Positions 13,343 to 26,310 of a stretch of 64,000 bases of DNA are shown in pieces. Under the pieces are notes generated by a model. The model made no database searches. It saw nothing but the letters and a program-made list of their open reading frames with translations, and was not told where the DNA came from. A program made the position numbers and the translations under genes. The DNA is from Chiloscyllium plagiosum (taxonomy: Eukaryota): the NCBI RefSeq assembly GCF_004010195.1, contig NC_057728.1, forward strand, positions 40,426,231 to 40,490,230. The letters run 5' to 3'. Every line of letters starts with the position of its first letter. The stretch's first letter is position 1.

Positions 13343-14699
13343 AAGTTGTCAGAGTTAGTTACACTCTGTAAAGATTACATATTTTTATTTCTTTTTTTTT
13401 GGACAGTGGACTTTAAAAGAGAAAGATACCATTTTAAACCAGGAAGATTGAGCTGCAGTTTTAAAAATCACACATTCTCAAGCACACTGTGAGTTGTATT
13501 CAAAGTTGCTTTTTTTTCCCCAAGAGTATTGAGAATGAAAGCAAATAGAATGGACCAATGGGTTTTGAACTCGTTCACAATGGCTTGACGATAATGTTTT
13601 GATTGGCTTCTGAATAAGTGACCATGGCTTGTGTGGGGCCATTGCAGCAGAAATATCCAACCTGTAGAAAGCATTAAAAATCTCATTCTCTCCTGTATGG
13701 AGATAGCAGAAAGTCTCCAGTAACAGATTTCTTGAGGAAGGTGTTTAAGGAGGAATAATGCGCCTTCCAAGACATTGAAAGGATGAATTCTCAACCAGTG
13801 ACAGAAAGACTGTACATCAGCAAGCAAACAACCTTGTCTCAACATCAAAGAATAGAAAGGAAATGAAAGAAAATATCTCCTTGATACCTGTGGTCCAGAC
13901 TGTGATCCTGTATGATTCTGAAGGTGGAGTTTAAGCAGCAGCAGGGGTTAAGTGTGGGAAAAGATTTGCTAACCCACGACAGGCCCACAAAAGCAAATTG
14001 GCCAAATTGTACCAGGACACCCAGAATTCCCGAGCAGCTCACAAGCTGGGTCAGACAGCACGCAGACAATGGAATACGCTTTAAGCTCCCATGGACATGA
14101 CAAAGATCTCAAAGCCCCAAGGGCAGCTTCACAACCCAGAAATACCAAAGCCACACAAAGAGCAGGTCACCACTTCAGAAAAGACTTTAACACCTACCTG
14201 TGAAGATGAATGGAACCATGATACTGTCAGGATGTTGCATTGTGTGAAGGAACAGGACATTCATCCGATAAACTGTTTTTCAATTAGCATCCTTGCAACT
14301 AAATTACTCCATTTCCAGAAACATTGTAGCTTCCCATTTCTTAATCAGTGTCATTGTGCAGCATTACTATAAAACTGGTCTCATCCTCAGCTCTGGGAGG
14401 AGAAATCTGATCTACCTGTGCAGACTGTCAGTTCTGTGTCAGCCTGGGTCAATTTCTCTTCCAGTGATATCGCTTGCAATAAACTGTTTGTCAATTTCAC
14501 TTTGAGCTGTGTTTTGTGATCTCTAACCTATTGGGCAAATTTCTCCGACAGTTTGGCATTAGTCGGCAGGTCCCTTTTTTTCTCTCTCAACAGGGTAAGC
14601 AAACCTTACATTTTAAATTTAATCCAATTGGTACCTGGTGGACAGCCCTACCCAGTGGGTCAGACCAGAAAGGCTGGACGACTGCGGAGGATGGCCACA

Positions 14700-15030
14700 A
14701 TTCTGACCTGGGGTGAATTGGCTTCACCTACTGTAATTCGGAAATTGAGTAGTGACCCTGGCCTGGGGAGGTGGGCACTGGATTCCTAAATCGCTGCCAG
14801 AACTTGGCCTGAGGAGGTAGTCTGGTAAGTGGCTAAATTAATTTTCAAATTTAACTAATTGGCAGCCGGCTGCTACTGCAATTTGGAACGTGAATAATGA
14901 CTCTGGCCTGCGGAGGTGAGCATTTGGCTCCTAAATTGTGAACTGACTTTTAAGCTGCCAGGTCTGGGCCTGAGGAGGTGGTCTGGTGGGAATGTAAGTG
15001 AACTGGCAGCCGGTAATTCGGTACTTAACA
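14700..15030. repeat. Degenerate tandem duplication of about 150 bp
   Basis: Paired blocks TGAC(C/T)CTGGCCTG.GGAGGTG, GCTGCCAG..GGCCTGAGGAGGT.GTCTGGT and TGGCAGCCGG recur about 145-160 nt apart. Confidence 0.65.
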
Positions 15031-15624
15031 GCGTGGTCTGGGCTTGTGGAAGTCGTCACCTGTGCTAAATTAATTACCTGAAATTTTACAACAAACCTTA
15101 ACTTGGCCCACGCGTGATTCACCTTGACTCAGAACTGCTGCCACAAACCTGTTCTAGCCAGGAGAAAGACGGTCAGGCACAGAAAGTTAGGCACAATACG
15201 TGGAGAGACCGCTCATCAAATTCTCGCTTTATTACTGATAGATCCACAGCTCAAACAACATTGACTTGGATCCAGCTGTGTTGTCCTGTCCTGTGATGTC
15301 TGAGTATTTGTTTTGGGTGTGTCTGATTGTTCTGTGCTTACTGAATACTGCTTTGTCGATGTCAGGTGCCCCATCTGGCTGTGTTTGTTCAGCGCTGAAG
15401 TGTTTGTTTACTTTGTGGTCTACCTGAGTTTGTCAGTCAGATAATTTGGGGACATTTGATAACGTGACCAAATTTTTAACCTTTTGTTCATGTTCAGGGA
15501 AGGTTAGGTCGAACTGGATAATTTGTTGGTTCAAACAATTTGAGATAACTCCAGGAACCGTGGAGTTTGAATTCTAGTGCACCATCCAGTGGGCCGTGAC
15601 AACACACACACGAATCAGAAAACT

Positions 15625-15785
15625 GTGGACCTAAGTCCATTCCAGTATGTTCAAAAATCAAGGTTGGCACTCTAACGCGGTTTGGAGGAAGTGCTGCACT
15701 CATGGAAGTACCATCCTTCAGAGGTGATGTTAAATCTACAGTATATTTGCTGTCTCTGCTGGATGGAAAAGATACCACGGTCAGA
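15625..15785 (+). mobile_element. DeuSINE-like (SacSINE1/AmnSINE1-type) central-domain remnant
   Basis: GAAGTACCATCCTTCAGAGGTGATGTTAAA...AAAGATACCACGG resembles the Deu domain as I recall it (GAGGTGCCGTCCTTCGGATGAGACGTAAAA...AAAGATCCCATGG). Confidence 0.55.
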
Positions 15786-16511
15786 ACCATGTGTTGCACT
15801 GGGAGTGGGATACAAGCCAAGCAGAGAGGCCAAAAGTTAGATTCACGACATGTGATAAAAGTTTATTAATAAGTCCTTTGAACTTAAAAGGAAGGTCCAA
15901 GCTTCTCAACAGTGAACACAGGAAGCCCTTTTGCATGCAATTGCACATCATTTATTCTCATTTAAAGGCCAGTTTCCTTAAGTTCTCCTTTCCAACTACG
16001 TTCTCCATGAGTGAGAAATATGGGCTTTCAGATTCCTCACTTTGTATGAGAACTATGCAATAGGCAATATACTTTATCTGCTGCACTTTTGAGTGGGTAG
16101 CCACTGTTTTGTCTTCTTTGGGGGAGTATTTTTCTATGATTGAGAATGGTTGGCAGTTATCTAAGTTGTACAGGACATTGAGGATTTTCAAAATGGTCAT
16201 GGCTCAAAGGTAATCGCAAAAGTTGTATTCCTTCTGGCAAAGGATGAAAATCCATCACAGGATGTAGGCTGACCAGTGAAAGGAGGCAAATTGACCAGGG
16301 TTTGGGACCATAACGTTTAGCTGCAGGTGACCACTCCAAGAGCTCAGGCAATGCTCCTGACTTGCAATAAGTAATTGCAATAGCGTGGTCTTTGTGCATT
16401 CATTTGTAATGAGCTGACAAATGTGTAACTGCACAAAAGGAGCAGGCCTGTTCCTGAACAGAAGTGGCACTCACTTCCACACTTGCCGCCAACCTTGAAC
16501 AGAACATAAAA

Positions 16512-16692
16512 TCCAAAGAAAATGATGTCAGTATATCTGATGTATAAGATTGGTCGCAGGTCCTTGTAGCAAAGAAGTCTTGTTTGAACTTGTGCATGAA
16601 CACGTTGTCATATTGGGGTGCAGGTTTTGCCCCCATGGCTGTTCCAAGTGTCTGGATGAAGAATTGGTTGCTCAGTGAAGACATTGTAGTCA
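16512..16692 (-). mobile_element. Penelope-like element RT fragment, inverted 5' segment
   Basis: FFIQTLGTAMGAKPAPQYDNVFM, then LYIRYTDIIFF after a frameshift; these are PLE RT motifs. Confidence 0.85.
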
Positions 16693-17685
16693 TTATACTC
16701 CAGATACATTGATGACATTTTCTTCGTTTGGACTCATGGCGAGGAATCACTGAAACAACTACTGAGTGATACCAACAAGTTTCATCCCACCATCAGACTT
16801 ACCTTGGACTACTCTTAAGAATCAGTCTCATTCTTGAACACGCACACATCTCCATCAAGGGCGGACACCTCAGTACCTCACTCTATCGTGAGTCTATGGA
16901 TAACCACACAATGCTGCACCTCTTGAGCTTCCATCGTAAATGTATTAAAACAGCCATCCCTATGGACAACCCTATGCATACACAAAATCTGTTCAGATGA
17001 GGAAGAACATGACAGACACCTGAAGGTGCTGAAGGAAACCCACTTAAGAACAGGATACAATGCTCAACTCATTGATCACCAGTTCTGACATGCCATAATG
17101 AAATATTATCATAACCTCCTCAGGAGACAGACATAGGAAACAACCGATAGAGTGCCTTTTGTTGTCCACTACTTCCTGAGAGCAGAGAGACTACGCCATG
17201 TTCTTGCAGTCTGTAACACATGAGAGTGAGCACCTCGCCAAAATCTTCCCTATGCCTCCTTGTCTTATCTTCAAACAACTGCCAAACCTTAAATAGACCA
17301 TCGTTCATAGCAAACTGCCCAGCCTTCAGAACAACATCAACCAAACATCATACAACCCTGTCAGGACAGTCCCTGCAAGAAGTGTCAGAGTGTCAATGTG
17401 GATATTACCATTACACGTGGTGAAACCACCCACCACGTGCACGGTAGATATTCATGTGACTTGGCCAATGTTGTCTATCTCAGTTGCTGTAGGCAAGGAT
17501 GCCGTAAGGCGTGGTATATTGGAGAAGCCATACAGACACTACAACTACTGATGAATGGACACCGCAAAACAATCACCAGACAGGGATATTCCCTCCCAGT
17601 GGGGAAATAGTTTAGCTGTCAAAGGCACTTGGCCTCGGATCTTTGGGTAAATGTCTTCCAAGACAGACTTCGGGATACACAACAA

Positions 17686-20600
17686 GGCTCAGAAGGGAAA
17701 GGGGGAGAGGAGGAGAGCGCTAGTTATAAGAGACTCTATAGTTAGAGGGATGGACAGGCGGTTCTGTGGACATAGGCAAGACTCTCGGATGGTTTATTGC
17801 CTCCCGGGTGCCAGGGTCCGAGATGTCTCGGACCGTGTCTTCAGAATCCTAAAGGGGGAGGGTGTGCAGCCAGAAGTCGTGGTGCACGTTGGCACCAACA
17901 ACATAGGTAGGAAGAGGGGTGATGAGGTCATTCAGGAGCTCAGGGAGTTAGGCTGGAAGCTAAAAGCTAGGACGGACAGAGTCGTCATCTCTGGGTTGTT
18001 GCCATTGCCATGTGACAGTGAGGCAAGGAATAGGGAGAGAGTGCAGTTGAACACGTGGCTCCAAGGATGGTGTAGGAGGGAGGGCTTCAGGTATTTGGAC
18101 AATTGGACTGCATTCTGTGGAAGGTGGGACCTGTACAAGCAGGACGGGTTGCACCTGAACCAGAAAGGCACCAATATCCTGGGAGGTAGGTTTGCTAGCA
18201 CTCTTCGGGGGGGATTTAAACTAATTTGGCAGGGGGAATGGGATCCTGACTTGTAGTCCAGCAAGTTGGCTAGCTGTTTGTCAGGATGTCCAAGAATGTA
18301 GGGGGACTGTGGAGAAGTTGGCAGGGGGAATGGGATCCCGACTTGTAGTCCAGCAAGTTGGCTAGCTGTTTGTCAGGATGACTTGTAGTCCAGCAAGTTG
18401 GCTAGCTGTTTGTCAGGATGTCCAAGAATGTAGGGGGACTGTGGAGAAGGTAGCACTGACAGGGAATACTTGCGGACACAGAGATGGGTTCAAGTGTGTA
18501 TACTTCAATGCAAGGAGTATCAGAAATAAGGTGGGTGAACTTAAGGCGTGGATCGGTACCTACGATGTTGTGGCCATCACGGAAATGTGGATAGAAGAGT
18601 GACAGGAATGGTTGTTGGAGGTTCCTGGTTACAGATGTTTCAGTAAGATTAGGGAGGGTAGTAAAAAAGGAGGGGGGGGTGGCGTTGCTATTTAGAAATG
18701 GTATAACGGCTGCAGAAAGGCAGTTCAAGGGGGATCTGCCTTTGGAGGTAGTATGGGCTGAAGTCAGAAATGGAAAGGTGCCAGTCACCTTGTTGGGTGT
18801 TTACTATAGGCCCCCCAATAGCAGCAGAGATGTGGAGAAACAGATTGGGAAACAGATTTTGGAAAGGTGCAGAAGCCACAAGGTAGTAGTCATGGGCGAC
18901 TTCAACTTCCCAAATATTGATTGGAAGCTCTTTAGAACAAGTAGATTGGATGGGGCGGTGTTTGCGCAGTGTGTCCAGGAAGCTTTTCTAACGCAGTATG
19001 TAGATAGTCCAACCAGAGGGGAGGCCATATTGGATTTGGAACTCGGTAATGAACCGGGACAAGTGGTGGGCTTGTTAGTGGGTGAACATTTTGGTGATGG
19101 TGACCACAATTCTGTGACTTTCACCTTGGTTATGGAGAGAGATAGGTGCGCACAACAAGGTAGATTTTATAATTGGGGGAAGGGAAATTACGATGCTGTA
19201 AGGCACGATTTGAGGAGCATACGTTGGGAGCATAGGATGTCAGGGAAGGATGTGGTGGAAATGTGAAACTTTTTCAAAGAGCAGATACGACGTGTCCATG
19301 AAATGTATGTACCTATCAGGCAGGAAAGAAATGGTCGTGTGAGGGAGCCTTGGTTGACGAGAGAGGTTGAATGTCTGGTAAAGAGGAAGAAGGAGGCATA
19401 CATAAGGTTGAGGAAACAGGATTCAGACAGAGCAGTGGAGGGATACAGGATAGCCAGAAAGGACCTGAAGAAAGGGATTAGGAGAGCTAAGAGAGGGCAT
19501 GAAAAATCGTTGGCAGATAGGATCAAGGATAACCCCAAGGCATTTTATGCGTATGCGAGAAACCTGAGAATGACGAGAACGAGGGTAGGTCCGATCAAGG
19601 ACAGTAGTGGGAGACTGTGTATTGAGTCGGAAGAGATAGGAGAGGTCTTGAACAAGTACTTCTCTTCAGTACTTACGAACGAGAGGGACCGTATTGTAGA
19701 AGAGGAGAGTGTGAAATGGACTGGTAAGCTAGAAGAGATACCTGTTAGGAAGGAAGATGTGTTGGACATTTTGAACAACTTGAGGATAGACAAATCCCCC
19801 GGGCCTGACGGGATATATCCTAGGATTATGTGGGAAGCAAGAGAGGAAAGTGCAGTACCGTTGGCAATGATCTTCTCGTCTTCACTGGCAACGGGGGTGG
19901 TACCAGGGGACTGGAGAGTAGCGAATGTTGTGCCCCTGTTCAAAAAAGGGAATAGGGATAACCCCGGGAATTACAGGCCTGTTAGTCTTACTTCTGTGGT
20001 AGGCAAAGTAATGGAAAGGGTACTGAGGGATAGGATTTATGAGTATCTGGAAAGACACTGCTTGATTAGGGACAGCCAGCACGGATTTGTGAAGGGTAGG
20101 TCTTGCCTTACAAGTCATATTGAATTCTTCGAGGAGGTGACCAAGCATGTAGATGAGGGTAGAGCAGTGGATGTAGTGTACATGGATTTTAGTAAGGCAC
20201 TTGATAAGGTTCCCCATGGTAGGNNNNNNNNNNNNNNNNNNNNNNNNNNNNNNNNNNNNNNNNNNNNNNNNNNNNNNNNNNNNNNNNNNNNNNNNNNNNN
20301 NNNNNNNNNNNNNNNNNNNNNNNNNNNNNNNNNNNNNNNNNNNNNNNNNNNNNNNNNNNNNNNNNNNNNNNNNNNNNNNNNNNNNNNNNNNNNNNNNNNN
20401 NNNNNNNNNNNNNNNNNNNNNNNNNNNNNNNNNNNNNNNNNNNNNNNNNNNNNNNNNNNNNNNNNNNNNNNNNNNNNNNNNNNNNNNNNNNNNNNNNNNN
20501 NNNNNNNNNNNNNNNNNNNNNNNNNNNNNNNNNNNNNNNNNNNNNNNNNNNNNNNNNNNNNNNNNNNNNNNNNNNNNNNNNNNNNNNNNNNNNNNNNNNN

Positions 20601-21380
20601 NNNNNNNNNNNNNNNNNNNNNNNNNNNNNNNNNNNNNNNNNNNNNNNNNNNNNNNNNNNNNNNNNNNNNNNNNNNNNNNNNNNNNNNNNNNNNNNNNNNN
20701 NNNNNNNNNNNNNNNNNNNNNNNNNNNNNNNNNNNNNNNNNNNNNNNNNNNNNNNNNNNNNNNNNNNNNNNNNNNNNNNNNNNNNNNNNNNNNNNNNNNN
20801 NNNNNNNNNNNNNNNNNNNNNNNNNNNNNNNNNNNNNNNNNNNNNNNNNNNNNNNNNNNNNNNNNNNNNNNNNNNNNNNNNNNNNNNNNNNNNNNNNNNN
20901 NNGAAGGATGTGGAAGCTTTGGAGAGGGTGCAGAGAAGATTTACCAGGATGTTGCCTGGAATGGAGAATAGGTCGTACGAGGATAGGTTGAGAGTTCTCG
21001 GCCTTTTCTTGTTGGAACGGCGAAGGATGAGGGGTGGCTTGATAGAGGTTTATAAGATGATCAGGGGAATAGATAGAGTAGACAGTCAGAAACTTTTTTC
21101 CCCGGGTACAACAGAGTGTTACAAGGGGACATAAATTTAAGGTGAAGGGTGGAAGGTTTCGGGGAGATGTCAGGGGTAGGTTCTTTACCCAGTGAGTGGT
21201 GGGGGCATGGAATGCGCTGCCTGTGGGAGTGGCAGAGTCAGAATCATTGGCGACCTTTAAGCGGCAATTGGATAGGTACATGGATGGGTGCTTAAGCTAG
21301 GACAAATGTTCGGCACAACATCGTGGGCCAAAGGGCCTGTTCTGTGCTGTATTGTTCTATGTTCTATGTTCTATGTTCTA
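17686..21380 (+). mobile_element. Relatively young CR1 LINE, 5'-truncated in ORF1 (SGNH esterase, ORF2 endonuclease-RT, (GTTCTAT)n tail)
   Basis: DSIVRG..LPGARV..HVGTNN..DGLHLN; YFNARS, YYRPPN, MGDFN, GDHNSV; NYRPVSLTS, QHGF, YMDFSKA; tail repeats at 21353-21380; few stop codons. Confidence 0.96.
20224..20902. other. Assembly gap (N run) inside CR1 ORF2
   Basis: Run of N. Confidence 1.
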
Positions 21381-23709
21381 ATGCAGAGTCGTTGAACAGA
21401 GGCTAATAGCCAAGTTCAGTACTCTTGAGGATGGCTTCAACCGGAATCTTGGGTTCATGTCGCATTTCAGGTGACCCCACCACACCATACACTCTCACAC
21501 ACCACTCTCCCACCCACACATATACACACACTCTCTTTAACACAAACACAATTGCACATTGACACAGACCCTCTCTCACACACACATGTGCGCACGCACA
21601 CACACAAATCTATGGGGTGAATTTGCATTTGTAGATACATTCTATTTTATTTAAAAAGCACAAATGTGTAGACAGTCAGTCAATGTGGCATTTTATAAAT
21701 TCCTACTTTGGGAATAAAACCAGTCTGACTCTAGATTAAGACACTGACATATTCTTAACAAGGCCTCACACCTAAAATGCATTGTCTGACCTGAGATACC
21801 ACCTCTGGGGTTTGTATATTAATCAATCGAAACCTGCACCTCCATTCTAACTGATTAAAGATTTAACAGCCATCTTAGGTATGTTCAATTCTTTTGCATC
21901 AGTTGTAAGACCCTTTGATCTTTGACTAATAAATTCTCTCACCAGCACCTGAAGAAGGAGCAAGGCTCCAAATGCTTGTGTTTACAAATAAATCTGTTGG
22001 ACTATAACCTGGTAGTGTATGACTTTTGACCTAAATCATTGTATAGAAGCAATCTGAGTACTGAAAACTGAAGGATACAGTTAGCCACTTTCAATCAATT
22101 TGGGAAACTTGAAATACATTCTTATCCTTCCCCTAATTTCGCAAATCCTAATCTTCTTCAATATTTTACTGTCCATTATCTAACCAAACGCTTTCATGTA
22201 CACCCTATGGAGTTTTATAACCTGATAGTATTTTTTTTTAACACATGATCAATCAACATTTGTGAGCTATTCTCCCAATTTATTGCCCATACTCAAATCA
22301 TTAGACCTAAATTCAACTTTGATTGCTTGTAGCAATTAAATAGTGTGCATTTATTCATAAATAACCTGAGTAATTCAAGATTTACATAAATGCCTGTAAA
22401 TAATATCACATTGATGTTTAATGCTTAAAGTAAATAACCTAATGCCTCTGCAAAATAACGTAAAGAATACATATTTAGAAAAAAAATCTTCTGCATAATA
22501 ATATAAAAATATAATATTTTCCAAGCTATAATTATCTCTGCACTACCAATGAATTTGATCAGTTCAAGGCTATGAAATGTTGTAAATTTTAAGTTAATAA
22601 CTTGATCTAATTACATAGCATCGAACAATGTTGTTTTCTGAATATTTTAACAGGGACAGAAACAACAAAGGTTAAACAACTGAAAAATCTCCAGAAGTAC
22701 ATGCGCTACAATGCACAACATACCAAACAGAAAACTTCCACTAATCCATCCAAAACTGTACATTTAGGACAAGAATATTATTAAATAAGTATTTGTATTT
22801 ATAAATTTTCATTGGATATCCCAAAGCATTTTATAGCCACATGAAGTAATTTTGAAATACTGTCACCATAATAAAGTTGGAAACTTCCTTTCCAAGGTAA
22901 CCAGGGTGACATACGTCCTGACTCTCTTGGATCTATGAATCCTATAAACAATGCATATGGAACATTTTCTGTTCATGAAGCATGTCTCCCAAGTGTCTCA
23001 ACTTTTAATTTCTAACGGAATAAGTCTAATGCATTACTAAGCTACAGCACAGAGTGCATTGCGTAAGTCACCTTGGATGTGGATATCTGCTGGATGTCTA
23101 AATATTAAATGCATCAGAAGGAAATACTTAAAACTTTCAATCACTGTTGCTATTACTATTAGTGATAAGAGCTGTCAAAGCTCACTGCAGTTGCCATAGC
23201 TACAATGCTGACTGAATGTAGAACACGTACATCATTTGAGATTTAGTAGAAAGTGAAAATGGTGTTGTTAAGAAAGTGTAAATGCATCTTTACCAATCCA
23301 CTTCAAAAGGATTTTGCGTGTTTATAACCAACCAAGGAAAGAAATTCATATTACAATATTCCATTCAGTATTTTCTACTTCCCGTGGAGGCAAGATACTT
23401 ATGAAAGAACATAAAGGTGCCATTGAACAAAAAGCTACACTTACAGCATATGCTAGCACAAGTTCCACTTGACAGTGAGTACGAAAAACTGACATTCATG
23501 AACTGTGTTGTTGCATTAGTCATAACTGGTGCCTGAATGCACTTCAAAAAGGTGATATCACATAAATTATTTGCAAACTTGCTTTGCATTTGTAATATAT
23601 ATGCACCATTTAAAATAGTTGCACCCTATTAGATGAAATTCACTAATTTTAAAGAATCTATTATCAATTGACCCCCACTGCCATCCAATATATGATAAAT
23701 TTTCACATT

Positions 23710-23895
23710 CGAGAGTGTGATGCTGGAAAAGCATAGCAGGTCAGGCAGCATCCGAGGAGCAGGAGAATTAATATTGTGGGTGTAAGCCCTTTTGCCCGAA
23801 ACGTCGATTCTCCTGCTCCTCAGATGCTGCCTGACTTGCTGTGCTTTTCCAGCACTACACTCTCAACTCTAGCATCTGCGGTCCTCACTTTCCCC
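23710..23895. mobile_element. PLE terminal-repeat fold-back element with 14-bp TSD
   Basis: Inverted arms GAGAGTGTGATGCTGGAAAAGC / GCTTTTCCAGCACTACACTCTC; TSD TAAATTTTCACATT at 23696-23709 and 23896-23909; partial hammerhead GCCCGAAACGTCG. Confidence 0.85.
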
Positions 23896-24294
23896 TAAAT
23901 TTTCACATTGCCAAGTTTTACCCTCAAACATAATGTGCAAATGGCAGTCACCAAAGATAGTCACAATATGCCATGTATTCTGACTGACCCACCTCTAGAC
24001 CCTCACTTTTGCCAACTTATTTGATAGCAGAACCCAGGTAATTAATTCCCCAACATGATCAGGAAACAATTGTTTCCTGTGTTGTCCTGGGAAAGGTTCA
24101 TTAATTTGAATTGGAAATTTGTACCTTCAACAGGAAAATGCATAAAGCTAAAAACAATTGTAACTTATTTTCTTATTAATGTTCAAATCCAGTTACAACT
24201 GGATGGGAGAAAACTTGAAGATTTTCTGATAAGCAGGCTTTGAGCTACAAATAAATTTAAGAGACAGTGTAGAGTGAAATTTTGTTCTATTTCT

Positions 24295-25650
24295 TCACAG
24301 GATGAGAGCATTCCTGGCTATACCAACATTTAATGCCCATCTCTAATCCCTCAGAAGGTGTGATGAAGAGTTTACTGGAACGTTGCATAGTTGATGTTTG
24401 GGTCCAAGCATGGTACTGTTAGGAAGGAAGTTCCAGGATTTTGACTCAATAATACAGAAAGAACAATAATATATTTCCAAACCAGAATGATTGAAGGGGA
24501 ATTTACTGGTGGTAATACTCCCATGTCCTTCTTGGTGTTAGAGGTTGTCGGGCTAGAAGGTGCTGTTGAGCTAATTTGGATGAGTTGCTGAAAGACAGCT
24601 TGTAAATAGTACACACTGTTGACATTGTGCATCACTGAGGAGGGGACTGAGTCTGGGTGGTTGTGGATAAGGTGCCATTTAAGTGGGTGGCTTTGTCCTG
24701 ATGGTGTGAGCGTCTTGAGTATTAATGGGGCTGCACTCATCTAGATGGCTTTGCCTTGGAAATGGTACACAAGCACTAGGGAGATGAGGTGGGTTACTTG
24801 CCACTGCCTCTTGACCTCATCTTGTAGCCATAGTATTTAAATGGCTGCTCTAGTTCAATTTCTGATCTCTGGTAACCTCCAAGTTAATGTCAGTGGGATA
24901 TCACCAATGATCATACCGTTGAATGTGGAGGGGAAATGTTGGGAATAGTCATTGTCTGGCACTTCAGTAGCACAAGTGTTACCTGTCACCACTTGTCAGT
25001 TTATGCCTGGATAATGTCCAGGTGCTGCTTCATATCTTTAGTGGTGCACTAGTCTCTGAAATTCACAAATGGTGCTGACCATCATGCAGTCATTGCTTCA
25101 AACCTTATGATGGAGGGAAGAGCACGGATGAAACAGCTGAAAGTGGTTGGGCTGAGGGCACTACCTTGAGGAATTCCTGCAGAGATGCCCTTGCACCCAG
25201 ATGAGTAACCTTCAAGAACTGCAACCATTTTCCTTTGTGCTTGCTATCAGTCCAACCCTGTAATACCTAGTTCTAATCTACTCTATTCAGCATGGTGGTA
25301 TCCATGTGAATATGGACTTCATAAGTCTCCATATGATCTGGACAGTGATCACTCCTATCAATGTTTTCATGGATAGATGCATCTGTAACAGCTTGATTGA
25401 TGAGGGTAAGATAAAGCAAATTTTTCCCTCTTGTTGGTTCCTTCAGCACTTATTGCAGACCAAGCCTAGTAGCTATGACCTTCAGGGCTTATACAGCTCA
25501 TTCAGTAATGGTGTGATCAAGCCACTCTTGATGATGATCATTGGAATTTCCAACCCAGAATACATTCTGTGGGTTTGCTACCCTCAGTGTTTCCTCTGAA
25601 TGATGTTTAACATGGAGGAGCACTGATTCATGTTGCCAATGGCTACAAAG
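24295..25650 (-). mobile_element. Old non-LTR retrotransposon remnant (CR1/L2-group LINE)
   Basis: Decayed RT C-terminus-like translation MSAAPLILKTLT.. and 3' end GATGGGCATTAAATGTTGG on the minus strand. Confidence 0.6.
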
Positions 25651-25689
25651 GTGCAAGAGATGATAATCAATACTTGATTATGCTTGTCC

Positions 25690-26310
25690 TCAATGAGGAA
25701 GGGGCATTGAGTATAAGGATAGACAAGTTATACTACAGCTTTAAACCTTAGTTAGGCTACACTTGGATATTGCGTACAGTTCTGGTCACCACACTAACAA
25801 AAGAATGTGGATGTTTTGGAGAGGGTATAGAAAAGGTTTACCAGGATGTTATCTATTATGGGGGATTTTAGCTATGAAGAAAGGTTAGATAAACTGGGTT
25901 TATTTTCACTAGAACACAGGAGGTTGAGGAGCGACCTGAAAAATGCTCATAAGATTGTGAATGGCATGGATAGAGTGGGAAGTAGGAAGTTTTCTTTCCC
26001 AAGGTGGAGGGGTCAATTACTAGGGTACACAGGTTCAAGGTGTGGGGTGGGCCTAGGTGAGTTTAAAAGAGATGTGTGAGGCGAGTTTTTCACACAAAGG
26101 GTGGTGAGTATCTGGAACATGCAGCCATAGGAGGTGGAAGCAGACACAATAGCAACATTCAAGAAGCACATAGATGAATACATGAATAGGAAAGGTATAG
26201 AGGAATACGGATCCTGTAAGTAAAGACAGTTTTAGTATGGAAGGGCAAAATGTGGCGGCACAGGCTTGGAGGGCCAAAGGGCCTGTTCCTGTGCTGTATT
26301 GTTCTCTGTT
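25690..26310 (+). mobile_element. CR1 LINE 3' fragment
   Basis: SYEERLDKLGLFSLEHRRLRSDL; tail GGGCCAAAGGGCCTGTTCCTGTGCTGTATTGTTC. Confidence 0.9.

Larger units (their letters stand above)
16693..22031 (+). mobile_element. Penelope-like element (RT C-terminal part, GIY-YIG endonuclease, 3' region), split by a CR1 insertion at 17686-21380
   Basis: RYIDDIFFVWTHGEESL at about 16702; NVVYLSCC..WYIGEA..MNGHR at 17398-17610; frame resumes as CRVVEQRLIAKF at 21382; degenerate hammerhead-like motif at 21949-21977. Confidence 0.88.

Noticed and set aside
19303..21281. Long ORFs of 562, 388 and 256 aa
   Set aside because: Their lengths are inflated by the N gap; the real part is CR1 ORF2.
21490..21606. 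ORF 21403-21603 with Cys/Val-rich translation
   Set aside because: It derives from a degenerate (CA)n tract in the PLE 3' region.
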